Shown: one piece after another, positions 42,582-54,314 of the stretch | Numbering within the stretch: the stretch's first letter is position 1 | Layout: each line of letters starts with the position of its first letter | Assembly (NCBI GenBank): GCA_016867715.1 | Contig: VGIW01000003.1 | Coordinates: 5,251-69,250, forward strand | Origin: Candidatus Eiseniibacteriota bacterium | GTDB lineage: Bacteria; Orphanbacterota; Orphanbacteria; Orphanbacterales; Orphanbacteraceae | DNA length: 64,000 bases | Reading direction: 5' to 3' | Position numbers and translations under genes: made by a program | Notes under the pieces: generated by a model | Seen by the model: the letters and a program-made list of their open reading frames with translations, nothing else | Told to the model about the DNA's origin: nothing | The model's database searches: none

Positions 42582-43658
42582 TTGAACGAGAACGAGCTTC
42601 TTCTTCGTGTGCGCGAGCGCCTCCGCGAGGCGGCCGCCGCGGCGGACCGCCGGTACGACCGGATGGAGCTTTCCGCGCGGGCGGAGGGGGGCGCGGTCGT
42701 CCTCGAGGGGTACGCGACCTCCGAGAACCTCGTCTGGAGCCTTCGAAACCTTCTCGAGAAAGAAGGGATTCTGGCCGACGATCGCGCGGTCGAGCGCCTC
42801 GATCGCTCCTCCGCGGTCCGGGTGCTCATCGCGATCTCGGCCGTCGCTCATCTTCGCGACGAGCCGGATCCGCGCTCGGGACTCTTGACGCAAGTCGTGC
42901 TCGGCGAGGAAGTGGACGGGCTCTTGGAGAAGGGGAAGTGGGTGCTCGTCCGCACCCGGGACGGGTACCTCGGCTGGTGCAGCCGGAACACGCTCGCCGC
43001 GCCGTGCGAGGAGGTGCGGGCTCTCCGCGCGAGCCGTCCGGTTCTCCGCGTGACCGCGCGCGAGTCGCTCCTCCGCGAGTCGCCTCGCGAGGACGCTTCC
43101 CCGGCGCGCGAGGCGGTGTTCGATTCGCGTCTTATCAGTTTAACCATGAATGATAAGTGGGTCGAGACGCTTCTCGCCGACGGCGCGAGGGGATGGCTTC
43201 CCGCGGAAGCGGTCGTTCGGGAGGACGCGATCCCGAGCGCCCCGTCCCCCGCGACCGTCGTGGAGGCCGCGCGGCGGATGATCGGCGCCCCCTATCTCTG
43301 GGGGGGCACCTCGCCCAAGGGCTTCGACTGCTCGGGGCTCGTGCATCGTGTGTTCGGGCACTTCGGCGTGTCGCTGCCGCGGGACGTGGATCGGATGATG
43401 GCCTCGCTCGGGGAGACGTGGGTCGGGCGAGACCCGGCGGAAGGCGATCTCCTCTTTTTCGGGGAGGACCGTCCCACGCACGTGGCGATCTCGCTCGGCG
43501 GCAAGGACTTCTTGCATGCGTCCGGCTGGGTGCGAATCGAGTCGCTGGAACGCGCCTCTCTGGCCTACCGGGCGGATCTGGACGCCGCGTGGATCGGGGC
43601 GGGGCGCGTTCTCGGGAGGAGGGAGCGAGCGCCGACCCTCCGCCGGGGGGAGTCCTGA
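42582..43658 (+). CDS. NlpC/P60 (C40) family peptidase with N-terminal SH3-like domains
   Basis: C-terminal YLWGGTSPKGFDCSGLVHRVF...THVAIS...H carries the Cys-His catalytic core. Confidence 0.8.
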   Translation: MNENELLLRVRERLREAAAAADRRYDRMELSARAEGGAVVLEGYATSENLVWSLRNLLEKEGILADDRAVERLDRSSAVRVLIAISAVAHLRDEPDPRSGLLTQVVLGEEVDGLLEKGKWVLVRTRDGYLGWCSRNTLAAPCEEVRALRASRPVLRVTARESLLRESPREDASPAREAVFDSRLISLTMNDKWVETLLADGARGWLPAEAVVREDAIPSAPSPATVVEAARRMIGAPYLWGGTSPKGFDCSGLVHRVFGHFGVSLPRDVDRMMASLGETWVGRDPAEGDLLFFGEDRPTHVAISLGGKDFLHASGWVRIESLERASLAYRADLDAAWIGAGRVLGRRERAPTLRRGES

Positions 43659-43712
43659 CCGCCGCTGGATCGCGGGCGGTCTGGGGCGGGCTTTCCGCTC
43701 GAGGGAGGTATC

Positions 43713-43895
43713 GTGGGAGCCCTTCTCCGCTTTCTCTTCTATCTCTTCCTCTTCTATGGGGCGGCGCGGCTCCTCGGGGCCCTCTTCCGCCCGAAGCCCC
43801 CGGAGAGGGGCGCGGAGAGGGCCGGGACTCGTTCTCCGAACCCGCTCAACGGGGAGCAGATCGAGGATGCCGAATGGGAGGAGATCGACAAGTAG
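43713..43895 (+). CDS. Small membrane protein (DUF4834-like; C-terminal EDAEWEEIDK)
   Basis: GGGAGG lies 6 nt before a GTG start. There is one transmembrane helix and an acidic C-terminal tail. Confidence 0.5.
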   Translation: MGALLRFLFYLFLFYGAARLLGALFRPKPPERGAERAGTRSPNPLNGEQIEDAEWEEIDK

Positions 43896-43908
43896 GAAGG
43901 GATTCCTG

Positions 43909-43938
43909 TTGACGCCCCTCGCGGATCGAGACTATAGT
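43909..43938 (+). promoter_or_regulatory. Candidate sigma-70 promoter TTGACG-N18-TATAGT
   Basis: It lies 25 nt upstream of the ATG at 43963. Confidence 0.4.
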
Positions 43939-43962
43939 GGGATCCCGAATCGGGGGAATCGT

Positions 43963-44331
43963 ATGCGCCATCGAAAGAGAAGCTCACGCGGGATCGTTCT
44001 GCTCGACCTGGCCGTCGTGGCCGCCCTTCTCGTTCTCGTCGTGTTCATTCAGGTCGCCGTCTACCACCGGAACGCGGAGATCCGACGGGAGCAGGACTCC
44101 CGAAAACGGATGAAGTGGATCGCGAAGGCGCAGGAACTCTACTTCACGGAGAACGCGCGCTACGCGTCGCGGTTCCGCCAGCTCACGCCTTACGTGCGGG
44201 ACGTGGACACGTTCGTTTGCCCGGTCACCGGCGAGCTCTTCTCCCTCTGGATCGACGATCTCGGCCGATACCAGCTGGAGAGCCCCGCCGGACACGGGTC
44301 GATCCTCTCCGGCGAGCCGGACTGGGAGTAG
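43963..44331 (+). CDS. Pilin/pseudopilin-like protein (prepilin-type N-terminal helix)
   Basis: MRHRKRSSRGIVLLDLAVVAALLVLVV resembles the G-[FI]-[TSV]-L-[IL]-[ED] prepilin leader and hydrophobic helix. It has its own promoter-like motif. 122 aa. Confidence 0.5.
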   Translation: MRHRKRSSRGIVLLDLAVVAALLVLVVFIQVAVYHRNAEIRREQDSRKRMKWIAKAQELYFTENARYASRFRQLTPYVRDVDTFVCPVTGELFSLWIDDLGRYQLESPAGHGSILSGEPDWE

Positions 44332-44346
44332 GGAAAGCCCGGGCGG

Positions 44347-44790
44347 CTACTTCTTTCCCTTCCAATGTTTGAGCTCGATCTCTCTCAGGATTTGGTCGAT
44401 CTGCTCGCGCACCTTCGTCTCGGCGCTCGGCTCGAACAGGACCTTCTGAATCCGGCCGTGGGTGTCCTTCTTGGCGTAGCGGATCGCCTTGAGAACCTCG
44501 ATCGGAGCCAGGATATCCCGCGAGACCCGAACCTCGATCGATTCGCCGTCCACGTTCTTCTCGGGGCTGTTGAAGGGGGACATGCCGAGGGCCCAGCCGT
44601 GGGCAAGCATCCCGCAAAGGGCGATGCGGAGGCGGTTCCAGCCCTCTTCGGTGGAGAGGTCCAGGTTCCCCTTCAACCGCTGGAGGAGCCCATCTACGAC
44701 CGGCGCCATCCGATCCACGATCTCCGGTTCCAGTCGAAGTTTGGCGAGGTTGACGAACATCTGATGAATGATGTCGTTGGTGGCCGTCAT
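44347..44790 (-). CDS. Hypothetical protein (147 aa); the only convincing minus-strand gene
   Basis: Distinctly lower GC (about 58%) than its surroundings, protein-like composition (MTATNDIIHQMFVNLAKLRLEPEIVDRMAPVVDGLLQRLKGNLD...). On the − strand, GAAGGAG lies 9 nt before the ATG and a TTAACC-N17-GATAAT motif lies upstream. No family assigned. Confidence 0.6.
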   Translation of the reverse strand: MTATNDIIHQMFVNLAKLRLEPEIVDRMAPVVDGLLQRLKGNLDLSTEEGWNRLRIALCGMLAHGWALGMSPFNSPEKNVDGESIEVRVSRDILAPIEVLKAIRYAKKDTHGRIQKVLFEPSAETKVREQIDQILREIELKHWKGKK

Positions 44791-44823
44791 TGATTGTCTC
44801 CTTCGCTCGAGGCGCTCAGGCTG

Positions 44824-44852
44824 ATTATCGGACGAAACCCCCTCCCGGTTAA
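44824..44852 (-). promoter_or_regulatory. Candidate sigma-70 promoter (TTAACC-N17-GATAAT on the − strand) for the 44347-44790 gene
   Basis: Read from the reverse complement of the divergent intergenic region. Confidence 0.4.
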
Positions 44853-44863
44853 CGCCTTTTCTG

Positions 44864-44893
44864 TTGACCTGATCTCGGCGGCCCGCCTACAGT
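44864..44893 (+). promoter_or_regulatory. Candidate sigma-70 promoter TTGACC-N18-TACAGT for the 44919 gene
   Basis: Divergent from the − strand promoter. Confidence 0.35.
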
Positions 44894-44918
44894 TAGGCGC
44901 CGAGCGGGAGGGCGCGAC

Positions 44919-46061
44919 TTGGGCTTGGTCAACATGAGGTGCGTGTCTCGGATGTCCCCATCGTGCCGTCTCGCCCCAGGGGCTCTTCCCGTCCTGCTTT
45001 CTCTCCTTCTTCTGGGCGCGCGCCCGTGCGCGGGCGGGCCTCCTGAATCGTCGTATCTCACGAACGTGGAGCTTATGCAGCTTGTCGCGCGAGGCGCGGT
45101 CGCGAAGGCGCTCGACGGTTTCGTGTATGCGGAGAACGAGGCGCTCCGCATTCAAGGGGGCGACCCGACCGAAGCCGACTGGATCGTCGAGAACGAGATC
45201 GTATCGGCCCTCTCCGCCGCCGGAGTGCGCGTCCGTGTCGGCGAGCTGAGGAAGCCGCCGGCCTTGGCGGCCGCGGCGGGCAAACCGGGCCAGGAATCGA
45301 AGAAACTGGACCTGTCGTTCCCCGTGGACGTCCCTCCCGTTCTCCTATCGGGGGAAGGAGTCGCGTACCCGGGCGAAGCGTGCGAGAGAGGCCTCGAGGG
45401 GGAGGTGACCCTGGGCCTCATCTTGAACGAGCAGGGCTCCGTTGCGAATGTGGTCGTGGAGGAGAGCACGGGAGAGCCTTTCGAGAGCGCGGCGACGAGC
45501 GCGGTCCAGGGCTACCGGTTCAAACCGGGGGAGCGCGCGGGGGCAGCCGCCCCATCCAAGGCGGTGCTCCGCTTCCGATTCCCGGCGCTCGAAGAAGGGT
45601 GCGAGAGCGCGCGTGTCGTGGGAGAGCCTCCATCGTCGGGCGAGGCGACGGCCTCGAAGGGCGCGGCGCCGAGCGAGGGGGAGGAGGAGACCGCTCCTCG
45701 GCCCACGGTCCCCGAGGGGGCGACGGTGCTCACGTTTCGCGTCTCCGAGATGGAGATGCGCTATCCGGACGTGGGCAGGCGCTTCTGGATAGGCCCGAAA
45801 AGGGTGGAGCGCTTCGCGCGCATGCGCCTCGATCTCCGGCTCCAAAAAGGGAGCGACGTGATCTGGTCGGATTCCGCCGAGCACTACGCGGCCGACCGCG
45901 TTCCCTACGGCGCGCTCCGCTACCTCGAGAGCGCTCAATACTCCTTCGCGAAACCGGAGATCGCTCCCGGCGGAGCCTCCCGACTCGTCGAGCCCCTGGT
46001 CGTTGCCGGCGTGATCGGCGGCCTCGTTCTGCTCTTCTACGCGAACCAGACAGGCAACTGA
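44919..46061 (+). CDS. Secreted/membrane protein with an internal TonB_C-like domain
   Basis: Signal peptide. GEACERGLEGEVTLGLILNEQGSVANVVVEESTGEPFESAATSAVQGYRFKP has the TonB C-terminal fold pattern. There is a C-terminal transmembrane helix. Confidence 0.55.
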   Translation: MGLVNMRCVSRMSPSCRLAPGALPVLLSLLLLGARPCAGGPPESSYLTNVELMQLVARGAVAKALDGFVYAENEALRIQGGDPTEADWIVENEIVSALSAAGVRVRVGELRKPPALAAAAGKPGQESKKLDLSFPVDVPPVLLSGEGVAYPGEACERGLEGEVTLGLILNEQGSVANVVVEESTGEPFESAATSAVQGYRFKPGERAGAAAPSKAVLRFRFPALEEGCESARVVGEPPSSGEATASKGAAPSEGEEETAPRPTVPEGATVLTFRVSEMEMRYPDVGRRFWIGPKRVERFARMRLDLRLQKGSDVIWSDSAEHYAADRVPYGALRYLESAQYSFAKPEIAPGGASRLVEPLVVAGVIGGLVLLFYANQTGN

Positions 46062-46087
46062 CCGAACCTCGGTGGAAAGGCACGGCC

Positions 46088-46852
46088 GTGCCGCGAGCGT
46101 TCCTTCGATCGGTTCTCGTCTACGCGCTCCTTTGCTCGGCGTGCGGGACGGGCGAGCTGCTTCCCGAGGGCTCGCCGGAAGAGCGCTTCGCGCGCGCCGA
46201 CGGCTATCTCGCACGGGGGAAAGAACAGAAGTCGCTCGAGGCGTATCGGGAGCTCGGCCGGATCTACACCGGGACCGAGTGGGAGGAACGGGCGCGCCTC
46301 GGAATCGCCCGATCCTACCGTTCGATGAAGGAGCATCCGGCCGCGATTCAGGAATACGAAGCCTTCATCCGCCGGTACCCTCGCTCGCAGTGGGTCGACG
46401 ACGCCGACTTCGAGATCGGTCTTTGCTACGCGGACCAGAGGAAGAAGCCGGAGCTCGATCAGGAGATGAACCTGAAGGCGCTGGCGCAGTTCAACGACTT
46501 TCTGGCCGAGCACCCGACGAGCGAGCTCGTGCCGCGCGCGCGGGACGAGGTGAAGATGGCGCGGACGAACCTCGCGCGGAAGGCGCTGGAGAACGGCGCG
46601 ACCTACGTCAAGATCCGCCGCTACGAGGCGGCGCGCTTCTACTTCCGTCTCGTGGCCGGCGAGTACGCGGACACCGACCTCGCGCCCGAGGCTCTCTACG
46701 AGATCGCGCGCACGTACGAACGCGAGAAGATGCCGGAGGAGGCGGCCGAGGCGTTCGAGGAGCTTCGAACCCGATATCCCGACTCCCCCTGGTGCGCCCG
46801 CCTCGAGCGGTCGTTCGGAGGAACCGGCGCGAAGGGGGACGGAGGGACGTGA
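46088..46852 (+). CDS. bamD: Outer-membrane protein assembly factor BamD (TPR lipoprotein)
   Basis: Lipobox LLCSAC, then TPR repeats. The frame matches the tail of ORF 45380..46852. Confidence 0.75.
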   Translation: MPRAFLRSVLVYALLCSACGTGELLPEGSPEERFARADGYLARGKEQKSLEAYRELGRIYTGTEWEERARLGIARSYRSMKEHPAAIQEYEAFIRRYPRSQWVDDADFEIGLCYADQRKKPELDQEMNLKALAQFNDFLAEHPTSELVPRARDEVKMARTNLARKALENGATYVKIRRYEAARFYFRLVAGEYADTDLAPEALYEIARTYEREKMPEEAAEAFEELRTRYPDSPWCARLERSFGGTGAKGDGGT

Positions 46853-47445
46853 GCGGAGACGTGGTGATCTTCGGGGGAACCTTCGATCCGATCCACGTCG
46901 GACATCTGATCCTCGCCGAGTGCGCGGCGGACGCGCTCGGGGCGCGGGATGTGCTCTTCGTACCGGCAGGCCGCCCGCCCCACAAGGGGGCCGAGGCCCT
47001 TTCGAGCGCGCGCGACCGCGAGGAGATGGTGCGGCTCGCTCTCGAGGGGAACGATCGCTTCGCCCTCTCTCGGACGGAGATCGAGCGGGAGGGGCGCTCC
47101 TTCGCGATCGACACGATCCGCGAGATCGCGCGCGCGAAAGGTGGCCGGCGGCCGTACTACTTCATCGGCGCGGACAGCCTCGTGGATCTCCCCGGATGGA
47201 GGAGCCCGGAGGCGATCCTCGAGGAGGCGGAGGTCGTGGTCGCCCCGCGGCCCGGCTTCGATCTTCGCTCGGTTTCCGGGCTCGTCGATCGCGTGCGGAT
47301 CCTCGAGGCGCCGCGGATCGAGATCTCGTCCACTCTCATCCGCCGGCGCGTGCGCGCGGGGGAGTCGATCCGCTACCTGGTGCCTGAGAGCGTGCGGGCC
47401 TATATTCTCCGCGGGAACCTTTATCGGGACGCGGAGGCGGGCTGA
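46849..47445 (+). CDS. nadD: Nicotinate-nucleotide adenylyltransferase
   Basis: VIFGGTFDPIHVGHL is the (H/T)xGH motif, and ISSTLIRRR is present. Confidence 0.85.
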   Translation: MSGDVVIFGGTFDPIHVGHLILAECAADALGARDVLFVPAGRPPHKGAEALSSARDREEMVRLALEGNDRFALSRTEIEREGRSFAIDTIREIARAKGGRRPYYFIGADSLVDLPGWRSPEAILEEAEVVVAPRPGFDLRSVSGLVDRVRILEAPRIEISSTLIRRRVRAGESIRYLVPESVRAYILRGNLYRDAEAG

Positions 47446-47449
47446 GACG

Positions 47450-49006
47450 ATGGCGCGCAACAAGTCGATCTTCACGGAGATCATCGTGAACGCGAGCCCG
47501 GGCGAGACGCGGGTCGCGATCCTCGAGAACCACTCGCTGGTCGAGTTTCTCGCGGAGCGAGCGGACGCCGCGCGCCAAGTCGGGGACATCTTCAAGGGGC
47601 GCGTCAACGCCGTTCTTCCCGGCATGCAGGCGGCGTTCATCGACATCGGGCTCGAGAAGACCGCGTTCCTTCACGTCTCGGACATGGTGATGCCCGATGC
47701 CGAGATTATGGAGGGGATCGACGAGGAGAGCGAGCGCGCGGGGCCGGCCGCGAGGAAGGTCCCGCGCGGCGTCTCGATCGAGGGCCTCCTCAAGAAGGGC
47801 CAGGAGATCATGGTGCAGGTGACGAAGGAACCGATCGGGACGAAGGGCCCGCGCGTCACCACGCAGCTTTCGATCGCCGGCCGCTTCCTCGTCCTCATGC
47901 CCGGCATCCCCCAGGTCGGGGTGTCGCGCAAGATCGAGAATCGCGAGGATCGCGCGCGTCTCCGCGAGACTGTGCAAGGGGTTCTCCCGGCCGGAATGGG
48001 GGCGATCGTGAGGACCGTGGCGGAGGGGAAGCAGAAGCGCCATTTCGCCTCGGACGTCCGCTATCTCACGCGGCTCTGGAAGCAGATTCAGGAGTCTTTC
48101 GAGCGGATGCCGTGCCCTTCGCTTCTCCACAAGGAGGTCGGGCTCACGATCGGACTCCTTCGGGATCTCTTCAGCGAGGACGTGGACCGGCTCATCATCG
48201 ACTCGAAGAAGGAACACAAGCAGATCCTCACGTATCTGCAATCGACCGCGCCCGAACTCCGGGATCGCGTTCACCTCTATAAGGAAGACACTCCGATTTT
48301 CGATGCCTATGAGATCGAGAACGAAATCGAAAAGACGCTCTCGTCGAAGATCTGGCTGAAGCAGGGGGGATACATCGTTCTCGAGCAGGCGGAGGCTCTG
48401 GTCGCGATCGACGTGAACACCGGCCGTTACACGGGCGAGAAGGATCAGGAGGAGACGATCGTCCGCACGAACCTGGAGGCGGCGAAGGAGATCGCCCGGC
48501 AGCTGCGGCTCCGGGACATCGGCGGCATCCTCGTGATCGACTTCATCGACATGGAGAAGGAAGCGAACCGGGACAAGGTGCTCGAAACGCTCCGGGAGGC
48601 CCTGAAACGGGACCGCTCGCGGACGAAGACGTTCCGCGTGAGCGAGCTCGGGCTCGTCGAGATGACCCGGCAGCGCGTGCGGCCGAGCCTGCTCCACTAC
48701 TTCAGCGCCCCCTGCCCTCACTGCGGGGGGACGGGGAAGCGCCTCTCCCTGGCGACGCTCGCCGGAAAGGTCGAGAGGCTCCTCAGGCGCGTCTCGAGCT
48801 ACTGCGACGAGAAGAAGGTCGTGGTCAAGCTGAACCCGGAGCTCGCCGTGACCTTCTTGGAGGGGGGCGGGGGACGGCTCGAGGAGATCGAAAAGCGCTA
48901 CCGCTTGAGCGTCGAGGTGGAGGACGATTCCAGCCTCTCGCGCGAGGAGGTCCGGATCTTCGGGAAGCGCTCGGGGAAGGAGCTGACCGACCAGGTCGTC
49001 TTCTGA
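47450..49006 (+). CDS. rng: Ribonuclease G/E family protein
   Basis: S1 domain (GDIFKGRVNAVLPGMQAAFIDIG), the catalytic domain, and a CPHCGGTG Zn-link. Confidence 0.85.
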   Translation: MARNKSIFTEIIVNASPGETRVAILENHSLVEFLAERADAARQVGDIFKGRVNAVLPGMQAAFIDIGLEKTAFLHVSDMVMPDAEIMEGIDEESERAGPAARKVPRGVSIEGLLKKGQEIMVQVTKEPIGTKGPRVTTQLSIAGRFLVLMPGIPQVGVSRKIENREDRARLRETVQGVLPAGMGAIVRTVAEGKQKRHFASDVRYLTRLWKQIQESFERMPCPSLLHKEVGLTIGLLRDLFSEDVDRLIIDSKKEHKQILTYLQSTAPELRDRVHLYKEDTPIFDAYEIENEIEKTLSSKIWLKQGGYIVLEQAEALVAIDVNTGRYTGEKDQEETIVRTNLEAAKEIARQLRLRDIGGILVIDFIDMEKEANRDKVLETLREALKRDRSRTKTFRVSELGLVEMTRQRVRPSLLHYFSAPCPHCGGTGKRLSLATLAGKVERLLRRVSSYCDEKKVVVKLNPELAVTFLEGGGGRLEEIEKRYRLSVEVEDDSSLSREEVRIFGKRSGKELTDQVVF

Positions 49007-49068
49007 TCGCGGGGCGGGGCGGGCGCAGCGGGGGAGACCCTCGTTGTTTTTTTGTGTCCTTCCCGCGC

Positions 49069-49098
49069 TTGACAAGATGCGCGCGGGGGTGATATGAA
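49069..49098 (+). promoter_or_regulatory. Candidate sigma-70 promoter (TTGACA-N18-TATGAA) for rplU-rpmA, preceded by a T-tract
   Basis: TTGACA at 49069-49074. TTGTTTTTTT at 49044-49053 follows a GC-rich segment and is a weak terminator candidate for rng. Confidence 0.35.
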
Positions 49099-49182
49099 TC
49101 AACAGGTCATTTTCCGCCCGATCCGGACGGGAAGCCCCTCGTGGGCTCCCCGGCCGAGAAGGGAACGAGAGGGGAAGAGGTT

Positions 49183-49497
49183 TTGTTCGCAATCGTCGAA
49201 AGCGGGGGATGTCAGTTTCGTGTGGAGCCGGGGAGCGTGATCGAGGTTCCCCTTCTTCAGGCCGAGCCGGGGGAGAAGGTGCGGCTCGGACGAGTCCTTC
49301 TCCTGGAGGTCGAGGACGGGTCGCGCACCGTGGGGAACCCGGTCGTCGAGAACGCCTCGGCGGAGGCCGAGGTCCTCGGCCACGGCCGCGGGGAGAAGGT
49401 CCTCGCGCAGAAGTTCAAACGCCGCAAGGGGTATCGTAAGCTCCTCGGGCAGCGGGCCCGGCACACGAAGCTCCGGGTCCTTTCGATCGAGAGGTAG
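49183..49497 (+). CDS. rplU: 50S ribosomal protein L21
   Basis: [22 protein letters not shown]... The start (TTG 49183 or GTG 49141) is uncertain. Confidence 0.85.
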   Translation: MFAIVESGGCQFRVEPGSVIEVPLLQAEPGEKVRLGRVLLLEVEDGSRTVGNPVVENASAEAEVLGHGRGEKVLAQKFKRRKGYRKLLGQRARHTKLRVLSIER

Positions 49498-49571
49498 AGA
49501 GAAAACAAGCGCCGCCGGCATCGGTCCGCGCGTTCGGGCGGCCGGCCGGAGCGGAGGCAGAGGATCGTTCG

Positions 49572-49838
49572 ATGGCTCATAAGAAAGGCGTGGGAAGCTC
49601 CCGAAACGGGCGCGACAGCCAGGCGAAACGGCTCGGCGTGAAGCGCTTCAGCGGAGAGCGCGTCCTCGGGGGCGAGATTCTGGTTCGGCAGCGCGGGACG
49701 TGCATCTACCCGGGCCGCAACGTCGGTTGCGGGGGAGACCACACGCTGTTCGCGAAGGTCGGCGGCATCGTGGAATACGTCCGGAAGGGACGCGACCGGA
49801 AGATCGTGAACGTTCTCGTCCCGGAGCCGGCCGAGTAG
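49572..49838 (+). CDS. rpmA: 50S ribosomal protein L27
   Basis: [24 protein letters not shown]... Confidence 0.95.
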   Translation: MAHKKGVGSSRNGRDSQAKRLGVKRFSGERVLGGEILVRQRGTCIYPGRNVGCGGDHTLFAKVGGIVEYVRKGRDRKIVNVLVPEPAE

Positions 49839-49889
49839 GGGGGGGATGTTCCGACCGCCCGGTGTTCGGCCCGCTGCGGCTCGTTCTTG

Positions 49890-49921
49890 GAGAGGGGATC
49901 CGTATCCCCTCTCTCTCTTTT
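49890..49921 (+). terminator. Rho-independent terminator after rpmA: 10-bp stem GAGAGGGGAT/ATCCCCTCTC, loop CCGT, then TCTCTTTT
   Basis: Read directly. It lies inside the 5' end of six-frame ORF 49887..50720. Confidence 0.65.
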
Positions 49922-49934
49922 GGGGGTGAGCGGC

Positions 49935-53180
<3,246 letters not shown>

Positions 53181-53184
<4 letters not shown>

Positions 53185-54206
53185 CCGGGGACGAGGGGCG
53201 CTTCGCGATCGAGCGCGCGCGGTCCGTCTTCCGAAGGGAAGCCGAGGCGATCCGCGAGCTCGAGGGAACAATCGGGCCGTCGTTCGCGCGCGCGGTCGAG
53301 AGAATCCGGCGGGCGATCGTCCGCCGCGAGGATCCGGCGGGGACGCGGCTCGGGAAGATCGTGGTCACCGGCGTCGGAAAGTCGGGTCTCGTGGCGCGCA
53401 AGATCGCGGCGACCTTCAACTCCACCGGTGCGACCGCGTTCTTCCTCCATCCGGTCGAGGCGGTCCACGGGGACCTCGGCGTGATCGAGCGCGAGGACGT
53501 CGTCCTCATGGTCTCCCGCTCGGGAGCGAACGAGGAGCTGAAGCGGCTCGTCCCGTCGCTTCGCGTGCTCGGGGTCGGCCTCATCCTCATCACCGCCAAG
53601 CCGGACTCGGAGCTCGCGGGCGCGGCCGACGAGGTGCTTCTCATCGGCGACGGGCCGGAAGCGTGCAGCCTGAACCTCGCGCCGACGGCGAGCGCCGTGG
53701 CGAGCATCGCGATGGGGGACGCGCTCGCGCTCACGCTCTTCGATCTTCGAGGTCTCAAGAGCGAGGACTTCGCGCGCTTTCATCCGAGCGGGGCGCTGGG
53801 GAAGAGGCTTCTTCTTCGCGTGCGCGACATCATGCACACGGGGGACGCGATGCCGCTCGTTCGCGAGGACGCGAACATGAAGGACGCGCTTCTCGAGATC
53901 GTGGGGAAGCGCCTCGGTGCGACCGGCGTCGTGGATGCCGCGGGGCTCGTTTCGGGGATCGTGACCGACGGCGATCTCAAGCGAATCTTGCTGAAGAAGC
54001 CGGACATCTTCTCGCTCGCGGTCGGGGAGGTGATGACGCGGAGCCCGAAGACGATCGGACCGGATGCTCTCGTCGCCGACGCCCTACGGATCATGCACGC
54101 CAACCCGCGAGGGATCATCTCCTGTCTACTGGTCGTGGACGCCCTTTCGAAACCCTTGGGTTTCCTGCACATGTACGATTGCCTCCGGAGCGGCGTGGCC
54201 TCGTAA
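53181..54206 (+). CDS. kdsD: Arabinose-5-phosphate isomerase (SIS plus tandem CBS)
   Basis: VVTGVGKSGLVARKIAATFNSTG, VSRSGANEEL, and two CBS domains. Confidence 0.85.
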
Positions 54207-54213
54207 CCCGCAT

Positions 54214-54228
54214 TGGCACAACCCTTGC
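54214..54228 (+). promoter_or_regulatory. Sigma-54 promoter consensus TGGCAC-AACCC-TTGCT (GG-N10-GC)
   Basis: A precise −24/−12 match lies 8 nt after the kdsD stop and about 90 nt before the lpxL-like start. Confidence 0.5.
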
Positions 54229-54257
54229 TTGACAGACGCGCTTCGCTCGTCTATGGT
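54229..54257 (+). promoter_or_regulatory. Sigma-70 promoter TTGACA-N17-TATGGT, abutting the sigma-54 motif
   Basis: TTGACA at 54229-54234 and TATGGT at 54252-54257. Confidence 0.45.
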
Positions 54258-54314
54258 GACCGCGGGGAGCGGGATCGACCGCGTGAGGAGCAGCCGAGCA
54301 GCGATTGAGGTGGG

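Noticed and set aside
49010-49055. Terminator after rng
   Set aside because: A T-tract (TTGTTTTTTT) is present, but the preceding stem is at best 3-4 bp. It is recorded only as a weak note under the rplU promoter feature.
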